From the NCBI GenBank assembly GCA_965140445.1, contig OZ223236.1, positions 2,592,001-2,656,000 on the forward strand: 64,000 bases of DNA, given 5' to 3'. Under the pieces are notes generated by a model. That model saw only the letters and a program-made list of their open reading frames with translations, did not search any database and was not told the DNA's origin. This DNA is from Candidatus Ozemobacteraceae bacterium (GTDB lineage Bacteria > Muiribacteriota > Ozemobacteria > Ozemobacterales > Ozemobacteraceae). A program made the position numbers and the translations under genes. Shown here piece by piece: positions 37,388 to 44,796 of this stretch; position 1 is the stretch's first letter, and every line of letters begins with the position of its first letter.

Positions 37388-38125
37388 TCATTCCTTGCTT
37401 TGGCAAAATTGGCAATCTTTATCCTTTTCGATTGTAAATTTCTGAAACTTTTGTTCCCAGCAATCATAGAATTTTAAATCGTAATCCACTTTTGATTCAA
37501 CAATCAATCTTAAGACTGTTGCACAGCTTATTGAAGCAAGAATCGTAACCGTTGGGGCAATAATTCCTGAATTATGAACATTTGGAAAGTCATCTTGATC
37601 GGGGAGACCTTTTATAAGGCATCTGTAGCAAGCTGTTTGTCCTGGCACAAACAAAACTGATTGCCCATTTGAAGCAGTTACTCCCGTATGAATCCAGGGA
37701 ATTTTAAACTTTAGACAATGTTCATTTATTAAAAACCGAGTTTCAAAATTGTCTGTCGCATCCATTATAAGATCAACGTTGGCAAAAATGTCCGCAAAAT
37801 TACTGGAGTCAATTTTGTTGGCAAAATGGTTGATTTGAATAGAAGAGTTGATTTTTTCCAGACTTGCTTTGCATGCAATAGCCTTGTTTTTTCCAACATC
37901 ATTTTCGGTGAAAAGCATTTGTCTTGGAAGATTTGAAAGTTCAACCTTATCGTAATCGGCGATAATTAGTTTGCCAAATCCACTCCGGGTAAGCAAATTG
38001 GCAATATTGGTCCCAAGGGCTCCTGCCCCCAAAATTCCAACTCTGGTTTGGCTAATCTTCTTTTGCCCTTCATCTCCAATAGGCTGAAACAAAACTTGTC
38101 GGGAGTATCGAGCTTCAAGATCCAT
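37388..38125 (-). CDS. ThiF/MoeB family adenylyltransferase (E1-like)
   Basis: RYSRQ, GAGALG, D.D.VELSNL.RQ and DATDNF.TR motifs; CYRC and CQFC zinc sites. Confidence 0.92.
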   Translation of the reverse strand: MDLEARYSRQVLFQPIGDEGQKKISQTRVGILGAGALGTNIANLLTRSGFGKLIIADYDKVELSNLPRQMLFTENDVGKNKAIACKASLEKINSSIQINHFANKIDSSNFADIFANVDLIMDATDNFETRFLINEHCLKFKIPWIHTGVTASNGQSVLFVPGQTACYRCLIKGLPDQDDFPNVHNSGIIAPTVTILASISCATVLRLIVESKVDYDLKFYDCWEQKFQKFTIEKDKDCQFCQSKE

Positions 38126-38840
38126 TTTCTAACTCTAAAATAAAAAGCAGGGGCCATCCTTTATATTTTGCTGCTTTTGGAGTGTTTTTTACCAGCTCGG
38201 CATCAACTTCAAATTCTTCTAACTTTACTATTTTCAGGTTGTTTTTGATTGCTGCATTAATATAATCAGAAATTTTCTGATGGTAAGCCTGTGGAAGGTA
38301 ATGCTTCCCGCCGGATTCTTTTTGGAATCGGGCTTGGACCCCAAGCTTTTGCATTGTTGGATGCAAGCCAGTGATTATAATTCTGGCATTGGGGAGAGCG
38401 ACCTGTTTTAAATGAGCCAGAAAAGAAACTACTGAAGGAATATGCTCTATTACAAGACTAGAAACAATTAAATCAAATGTAGCGGGTTTAAATGGCAGCT
38501 GCATGGTCAAGTCAGCAATTGAAAATACCGCAGATTTTAGATCTTTTTTATCTCTGGCTTTTCTGATCATTCCCCGGGAAATATCTATTGAGAAAACATT
38601 TGCACCAGGTTGTTCTTGTAATTGCCTGGTAATTCTACCTGTCCCGCAACCAGCATCTAAGGCGCATGAAAAATCAAGCATATCAAGCTTGGGGAAGAGA
38701 TATCTTTCTTCCAGGGCAATTAGTGGGTTATTCTCGGTGTCATAAACTTCAGACCACAGATCATATCCATCTGCAACAGAAAGCTTTACTGGCGATATTG
38801 GAGAGCCATCTGGAATCTGGTTTTGCCTGATTTTATTCAT
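38115..38840 (-). CDS. Class I SAM-dependent methyltransferase
   Basis: GYD.WS..YD, LDAGCGTGR and FDLIVSSLV.EH motifs. Confidence 0.9.
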   Translation of the reverse strand: MNKIRQNQIPDGSPISPVKLSVADGYDLWSEVYDTENNPLIALEERYLFPKLDMLDFSCALDAGCGTGRITRQLQEQPGANVFSIDISRGMIRKARDKKDLKSAVFSIADLTMQLPFKPATFDLIVSSLVIEHIPSVVSFLAHLKQVALPNARIIITGLHPTMQKLGVQARFQKESGGKHYLPQAYHQKISDYINAAIKNNLKIVKLEEFEVDAELVKNTPKAAKYKGWPLLFILELENGS

Positions 38841-38849
38841 GAGAAGATG

Positions 38850-39068
38850 CTAGACAACCTTTATGACATAACCGTCAAACTTTACTACCATTCCTTTGCG
38901 GACTTTGCGTCTTTTTCGGGATTCAACTTCATCGTCAACCATTACATTACCGGCTTCAACTTCCATCTTGGCCTGTCCACCTGTATTACAGGCACCAACA
39001 ACTTTAAGAAGTTTTATAAGTTCAATAAAATCCGAATCAATTTCAAACGAAATATTTTTATTTTCCAT
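38850..39068 (-). CDS. S4-domain RNA-binding protein (YaaA/YbcJ-like)
   Basis: FIEL.KLLK.......GG.AK.....G.V.VD..VE.RKRRK. Confidence 0.88.
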   Translation of the reverse strand: MENKNISFEIDSDFIELIKLLKVVGACNTGGQAKMEVEAGNVMVDDEVESRKRRKVRKGMVVKFDGYVIKVV

Positions 39069-40221
39069 GTTCTTCACTTTTTTTTCTTTCTTCGTGGGTA
39101 GCACCGATTTTAGTCAAAATTTTCTGTAAAATCTGTGATTTATAGACTTTCCATTTCATTTCACGGAAATCTTTATCGTTGCCGCCCGATAAAAAGCCTA
39201 TTGGTATTTCAAAGCCGCCTGCAGATTTTTTTCCACCACCGAAATATCTGCCCTGAGAATCCTTTCCAAAAACTTCTTTCAGGAACTCATCTGGGTCAAT
39301 GGTAATTCTCGAGGTTCGCATTGATCCGATCAGGAATTCACTATCCTGGTCATTGGTTGAGATTACTCCGAAAACTATAGCGGTATGAATGTTTTCTTCT
39401 GTGAGCAAAAAGTCAGCTGCCATCGGAATCGCATCACGATCTTCTGATCTTACATAACCAATTCCTGAGATAGAAAAACTTTCTTTTATAACTCTATTGG
39501 CAAGAGCCTGGTTAATTGTTTCCATGGTTTGTTTAGATCTCGCCTGACTGGTAATTTGTCCAAGTAGGTCACTATCAATAAATTTGCTCAGATAGGCCGC
39601 CGCATGGAAATCCTCTGGATTCGCTTTTATAAAACCGAAGGTATCGGTCATGATTCCATGCATTAGTGCCGTTGCAACCTTTATGTGATCAGTATCGCGT
39701 TTAGTAACTTCAATCAGGCCGTGTTCAAGATATTGTGAAAAAATTGTAGCAGTTGCTCCTGTTTTCCTTATGTCGGCAAATTTTGGCTTTAATCTCTCCT
39801 GAAGTTCATGATGGTCAATTACAATCAGTTGAGGTATTTTTTTCTCTTCTATGGCATCTATAATTGGGCCGGTAGTGGTCCCCTGGTTATCAAGGAAAAC
39901 AGTTCCATCGTATGGCGACAGGTCAAAATCTGAATTCCACTTGTAAAGATCTATGCCCAATAGTTTAACCAGGGCTATATTTTCTGGATGACTTATAAGT
40001 CCAGCGTAAACTATGTCCACTTCAACGTTATACTGTTTACAAATCAATGAGTAGGCAAATCCTGAAGAAATTGCATCCGGGTCAGGATAATTTTGAATTA
40101 CTACCAGATGCTTTTGCCCCTTGCAGCTTTCTAGAATTGGTTTTATCGCCAGTGGGTCTTTAATGGGAACTTCCTTTAAAGGAATCAATTCAGCAGTTGC
40201 TTGGTTTTTCTTGCTATTCAT
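39058..40221 (-). CDS. DHH family phosphoesterase (NrnA-like)
   Basis: PDPDA, DHH, GI.TDT and GGG....AGG motifs. Confidence 0.88.
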   Translation of the reverse strand: MNSKKNQATAELIPLKEVPIKDPLAIKPILESCKGQKHLVVIQNYPDPDAISSGFAYSLICKQYNVEVDIVYAGLISHPENIALVKLLGIDLYKWNSDFDLSPYDGTVFLDNQGTTTGPIIDAIEEKKIPQLIVIDHHELQERLKPKFADIRKTGATATIFSQYLEHGLIEVTKRDTDHIKVATALMHGIMTDTFGFIKANPEDFHAAAYLSKFIDSDLLGQITSQARSKQTMETINQALANRVIKESFSISGIGYVRSEDRDAIPMAADFLLTEENIHTAIVFGVISTNDQDSEFLIGSMRTSRITIDPDEFLKEVFGKDSQGRYFGGGKKSAGGFEIPIGFLSGGNDKDFREMKWKVYKSQILQKILTKIGATHEERKKSEEHGK

Positions 40222-40296
40222 GAAATGCCTCCAGGCATCGAAAGAATCTAAAACTTTGTTTGCTTAGATGATACTAAATATTCATTCGCTTGCAAA

Positions 40297-41220
40297 CTAA
40301 TTCGAGTCAGAGGCGATTTCCTGTTCCTCATAAGGTTCGATATGCACCAGGACGTCTATAATGTCTGGGCCATCACTCAAAAGAGCTTTCTTAGCTAATC
40401 TGGCAATTTCATGACCCTCGGTTACTGAAATATCACCATCGACTAACAGGTGGAGGTCAACACGAAGACCAGAACCATGAAATCTTGTTCTTATGGCATG
40501 GATTGATTTTGCACCTGGGACGCTCATACCAATTTTTTCAATTTTTTTAACGTCCTCGTTGTTAGCTCCAGTATCTGCTAATTCCATCAGAGCAGGCTTC
40601 ATTATCTGATAAGCGGCTTGATTAATAAAAATGCCTACTGCTAAAGCAGCTACAGGATCAAGAACAGCCCATTCTGGTTTTATTAAAGCTGCTATAATTG
40701 CAACAGAAACCGCGATTGAAGAAAGAGCATCAGTTCTATGGTGCCATGCGTTTGCCATCATTGCAGAAGACTTTAGTTTTTCTGCAACTCTCAGGGTCCA
40801 TCTATAAAGCCCTTCCTTGATAACAATAGAAAGAAGGGCAGCGTAAAGGGCTATTTTTTCAGGAGTAACGTATTTTCCTGAGTTAAACTTAACAATGGCT
40901 TCATAGCCAATATACAGCCCAGCCAATGCAAGAGCAATTCCGATAAAGAATGCAACAAGAGTTTCTATTCTCCTGTGGCCGTAGGGATGACAGTCATCTG
41001 GCGGGTGGTCCCAGTATTTTAGTCCGACGAGTAGAGCTATGTCTGTGGAACAGTCTGAAAGCGAATGAAAACCATCAGCAACAACAGATTGACTCTTTCC
41101 ATAAAACCCAGCAATAATTTTTATTGCTGAAAGTAACAAGTTAAGTACCATTCCCGCAACGGTAACTTTTTTTACCTCATGGGAATATTCACTTGTTTGA
41201 CTCATTTTTTGAACCGCCAA
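40297..41220 (-). CDS. Cation diffusion facilitator family transporter (FieF-like)
   Basis: ADG.HSLSD, HPYGH.R.E, A.AWHHR.D and VHIEP motifs. Confidence 0.93.
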   Translation of the reverse strand: MAVQKMSQTSEYSHEVKKVTVAGMVLNLLLSAIKIIAGFYGKSQSVVADGFHSLSDCSTDIALLVGLKYWDHPPDDCHPYGHRRIETLVAFFIGIALALAGLYIGYEAIVKFNSGKYVTPEKIALYAALLSIVIKEGLYRWTLRVAEKLKSSAMMANAWHHRTDALSSIAVSVAIIAALIKPEWAVLDPVAALAVGIFINQAAYQIMKPALMELADTGANNEDVKKIEKIGMSVPGAKSIHAIRTRFHGSGLRVDLHLLVDGDISVTEGHEIARLAKKALLSDGPDIIDVLVHIEPYEEQEIASDSN

Positions 41221-41284
41221 ATTTGCTAGAATAGAAATTCATGCTAGAATGCCAAATTATTCTTAAAAACTCAAGGAGATTTTT

Positions 41285-41863
41285 ATGAAAAGGATTGCAC
41301 TAATTATTCTTTCCTTTATTTTTATTACCAGTTCCTACTATAGATGTAACGCCCAGGATGTGGATTACACTGCTGGTATGGATGAGATGAAAGAGGCAAT
41401 GGAAGCTGTAAATCAAGGCCAGGAATTTGCGAATGAAGGTCTTGAAGAAGCAAAGCGGGCAATTGAAGAAGCAAAAAATGCTGCAACCCCCGGTTTAGAA
41501 GAAGCCCAAAAAGTTATAGACCAGATTCCAGAAATCGTAAATGGAAGCATGAAGGAAGCTCGTGAAGCAATTAATTTTGCTAAAGAAGCTGCTAAACCAG
41601 AACTCGAAGCAGCAAGGCAGGCAGTTGAAGCTAGCAAAAACGCAGCCAAACCTGGACTTGAAATTGCTCGTGAAGCATTAAAAAATGCTGGAGCATTGGG
41701 TTCGCAAAGCATGAACCTTTCTGGAGATTCCATCGATATGGCCCAGGAAAGTTTTGAAAAGGGTATGAAAGCAGCAGAAGACGGTTTGAAAACGGCAGAT
41801 GATGCTCTGGAAGGTGTATCAAACATGCTTAATGGTCTAAGCGGAATGGGCGGCAATGAATGA
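41285..41863 (+). CDS. Secreted alpha-helical protein with seven 18-residue repeats
   Basis: AGGAG SD; signal peptide; repeats at 41423-41800. Confidence 0.75.
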   Translation: MKRIALIILSFIFITSSYYRCNAQDVDYTAGMDEMKEAMEAVNQGQEFANEGLEEAKRAIEEAKNAATPGLEEAQKVIDQIPEIVNGSMKEAREAINFAKEAAKPELEAARQAVEASKNAAKPGLEIAREALKNAGALGSQSMNLSGDSIDMAQESFEKGMKAAEDGLKTADDALEGVSNMLNGLSGMGGNE

Positions 41864-42240
41864 GAAAATGTCACGAGTGTGATCTAGATCTTATAGAAAT
41901 TGATTTGCATGGGCAAAAAGTTGACAAGTGTCAAAAGTGTGAAGGACTATTTTTTGATAAAGGTGAATTGGAGTCAATCCTACACCTTGTCGAACTTTAT
42001 CAAACCATAAAGATAGATGAAAAAGACATTGATTCCGTTCCTGAGCATGAACATAAGAGAATTGTGAGTTGTCCAGAACACAATACGCCTATGAAACCTC
42101 TGGATTTGGCCGGATTAGTGATCGACCAGTGCCCTGAATGTAAAGGATTATGGCTGGATGATGGTGAAATATCAGCTCTAAAAATGGCTGAGAACCACAT
42201 TCAACAGAATATCCAGCTCTACATAAGGTTAGGGGAATAG
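41860..42240 (+). CDS. Tandem zf-TFIIB-like zinc-ribbon protein
   Basis: Two units of CxxC/H...(V/I)D.C..C.G(L)(F/W).D.GE. Confidence 0.85.
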   Translation: MRKCHECDLDLIEIDLHGQKVDKCQKCEGLFFDKGELESILHLVELYQTIKIDEKDIDSVPEHEHKRIVSCPEHNTPMKPLDLAGLVIDQCPECKGLWLDDGEISALKMAENHIQQNIQLYIRLGE

Positions 42241-42241
42241 C

Positions 42242-42649
42242 ATGAAATTTTTAAACAAAAAAATGCTCCTGGTAATAAACAGAATGTCAGTCGAATTATC
42301 TGGAGGAGCATCAGCTTCAAATAGCAATATCAGGCCAGGCATGGGATTGGGTTTTGTTGATCAAATTTACGAAAACTCAGTTTTTGGTCAGCCCATTTAT
42401 CCAGATATTTTTCATCAGGCAGCCGCCTACATGTTTCATATTGTAAAAAATCATGCATTTATTGATGGAAATAAAAGAACCGGACTTGCTGCAGCAATAA
42501 CATTTCTCGGAATAAACAAAATAGTTTTTGCTCCATTTGATGAAGACAAAGTGTTTGATTTTGTAATGGACGTGGCGGCCGGAATTAATAATCCAGAAAG
42601 CGAAATTCCGAAGATTGCAAACTGGCTAAAAGAACTCAGTTTAAAATAA
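42242..42649 (+). CDS. Fic/Doc family (death-on-curing-like) protein
   Basis: YPDIF..AA and HAFIDGNKRT Doc-type motif. Confidence 0.88.
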   Translation: MKFLNKKMLLVINRMSVELSGGASASNSNIRPGMGLGFVDQIYENSVFGQPIYPDIFHQAAAYMFHIVKNHAFIDGNKRTGLAAAITFLGINKIVFAPFDEDKVFDFVMDVAAGINNPESEIPKIANWLKELSLK

Positions 42650-42657
42650 TTTTCAGG

Positions 42658-42858
42658 CTAGTTGTTAGTATACCAGGCCGCTTCAAGACAAGCTATAATG
42701 TGCATTAACCAGCCAAGCAGGAATAGCCATAGAACTATATCAGTAAAGAAAAAGAAGGCAGCCGCGAAAGGTCTTCCCTGGATAAGTTGCCCTAAACCGG
42801 GAATAAAAAAGCTACATAGGGCAGCAATAACATTTCCTGATGATCCTTGTTTGGCCAT
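42658..42858 (-). CDS. Small membrane protein (TM2-like S.F.PGLGQ motif)
   Basis: GGAGG SD; AALCSFFIPGLGQL..GR followed by a TM helix. Confidence 0.75.
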   Translation of the reverse strand: MAKQGSSGNVIAALCSFFIPGLGQLIQGRPFAAAFFFFTDIVLWLFLLGWLMHIIACLEAAWYTNN

Positions 42859-43025
42859 TTGATTCTACCTCCGCGTGAAACTTTTTAAATTCTAGGAGAA
42901 AAATCTGAGTTAGGCAAGGTTTATGTTTACCCCAAATTCTATTCCCAAAGTGGAAGTTGTATAAAAGATATGCTAGAATCCGTGTCATAATGTTTTCTAA
43001 TCTAAAATGAACAGGTGAAAGTTAC

Positions 43026-44720
43026 ATGAATACAGAAGATACCACAGTAAATAAAGTCTCTAATTTCATTCGGGACATTATAGATGAAGATCTTAAAAGT
43101 GGTAAGCACACAAGTGTTGTAACCCGTTTCCCGCCAGAGCCAAATGGTTATCTGCACATTGGTCATGCCAAGTCTATATGCCTTAACTTCGGGTTGGCAG
43201 AGGATTATAAGGGACAATGTCACCTGAGATTTGATGACACTAACCCAGCAAAAGAAGAGCAGGAATACATCGATTCGATTAAGGAAGATGTGCGCTGGCT
43301 TGGATTTGACTGGGGCGAGCATGAATACTATGCTTCAGATTATTTTAAAACTTTAAATGAATGGGCTGTTTTGCTGATAAAAGCTGGAAAAGCCTATGTC
43401 GAAGATCAGACCGCCGATGAGATTCGCGAAAACAGGGGAACTCTCAAGAAGCCTGGCGTGAATTCTCCTTTCAGAGATCGTTCCGTTGAAGAAAACCTTG
43501 AACTTTTTGAAAAGATGAAAAATGGCGAGTTCGGAAATGGCGAACGCGTGTTGAGAGCCAAAATCGATATGGCAGCACCAAACATAAACATGCGAGATCC
43601 TGTTTTATACAGAATTTTGCATTCAGAGCATCCGAGAACAGGTTCCCAGTGGTGCATTTATCCAATGTACGATTTTACTCATGGCCAGTCTGATGCTATT
43701 GAGAAGATTACTCACTCAATTTGTACTCTTGAATTTGAAGACCATAGACCTCTTTATGAATGGTTTTTGGATAATTTGCCAGTTCCTGCAAGGCCACGAC
43801 AGTATGAATTTGCCAGATTAAATCTTACTTTTACGGTGATGAGCAAGCGTAAGCTACTTCGACTGGTAAAAGAGAATCATGTTAATGGCTGGGACGATCC
43901 AAGACTTCCAACTCTTTCTGGTATGAGAAGAAGAGGATACACCGCTCCGGCAATCAGAGATTTTCTTAGCAGAATCGGCGTTTCAAAAGCCAACTCTACT
44001 GTTGACTTTGCTTTGCTTGAAAACTGTATCAGAGAAGATTTGAACAAATCCTCAAGAAGATACATGGCAGTAATTGAGCCTGTTAAGGTAGTTATCACTA
44101 ACTATCCAGAAGACAAGGTTGAGTGGATAGAAGCCGAAAACAACCCTGAAGATGAAAATGCAGGGACAAGAAAAATTCCATTTTCAAAGGTAATTTACAT
44201 TGAGAAACAGGATTTCATGGAAAACCCACCAAAGAAGTTTTTCAGATTAGCTCCTGGTTCAGAAGTTAGGTTAAAGCACACCTATTACATTACTTGCAAT
44301 GAAGTTATTAAAGATGAAAACGGCGAAATAGTTGAACTGCACTGCACTTATGATCCAGAAACAAGCGGTGGTTCAAGCCCGGATGGAAGAAGAGTAAAAG
44401 GAACTCTGCATTGGGTTTCTGCTTCTCATGGCGTAAAAGCTGAAGTAAGACTTTATGACCACCTTTTCAAAACTCCAGATCCAGAAAAAGTTCCTGAAGG
44501 AGCTGACTTTTTAGACAATCTAAATCCTGATTCATTGACGGTTTTAAAAGATTCGATTGTTGAACCAGAACTGGCAGAAGTTGAAATTGGTCAACCTCTA
44601 CAATTTTTACGCATGGGATACTTTTGTCCTGATTCAAAAGATCACTCTAAAGAAAAGCCTGTTTTCAACAGAACGGCAACTTTGAGAGATACCTGGGCAA
44701 AAATCCAGAAAAACGGATGA
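43026..44720 (+). CDS. glnS: Glutaminyl-tRNA synthetase
   Basis: [29 protein letters not shown] and QF.R.GYF motifs. Confidence 0.97.
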   Translation: MNTEDTTVNKVSNFIRDIIDEDLKSGKHTSVVTRFPPEPNGYLHIGHAKSICLNFGLAEDYKGQCHLRFDDTNPAKEEQEYIDSIKEDVRWLGFDWGEHEYYASDYFKTLNEWAVLLIKAGKAYVEDQTADEIRENRGTLKKPGVNSPFRDRSVEENLELFEKMKNGEFGNGERVLRAKIDMAAPNINMRDPVLYRILHSEHPRTGSQWCIYPMYDFTHGQSDAIEKITHSICTLEFEDHRPLYEWFLDNLPVPARPRQYEFARLNLTFTVMSKRKLLRLVKENHVNGWDDPRLPTLSGMRRRGYTAPAIRDFLSRIGVSKANSTVDFALLENCIREDLNKSSRRYMAVIEPVKVVITNYPEDKVEWIEAENNPEDENAGTRKIPFSKVIYIEKQDFMENPPKKFFRLAPGSEVRLKHTYYITCNEVIKDENGEIVELHCTYDPETSGGSSPDGRRVKGTLHWVSASHGVKAEVRLYDHLFKTPDPEKVPEGADFLDNLNPDSLTVLKDSIVEPELAEVEIGQPLQFLRMGYFCPDSKDHSKEKPVFNRTATLRDTWAKIQKNG

Positions 44721-44730
44721 CTTATATTAT

Positions 44731-44760
44731 CCCGGCAGTCAGAGATTCTGACTGCCGGTT
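44731..44760 (+). terminator. Terminator after glnS
   Basis: CCGGCAGTCAGA-GAT-TCTGACTGCCGG followed by T residues. Confidence 0.7.
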
Positions 44761-44796
44761 TGCTTTATAGAAAAGACATGAAGGGAATGAAGTTTA

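Larger units (their letters stand above)
36040..37562. repeat. Diverged direct repeat of about 200 bp (about 36040-36240 and 37360-37562) flanking the FGE-sulfatase gene
   Basis: Shared blocks GGCAAAATTGGCAATCTTT, TGTTCCCAGCA, GATTCAACA, AATCTTAAGACTGT and GAAGCAAGAAT in the same order and spacing. Confidence 0.9.

Noticed and set aside
44721..44796. glmS ribozyme upstream of glmS
   Set aside because: Only 76 nt, mostly one terminator-like hairpin; too short and no recognisable core.
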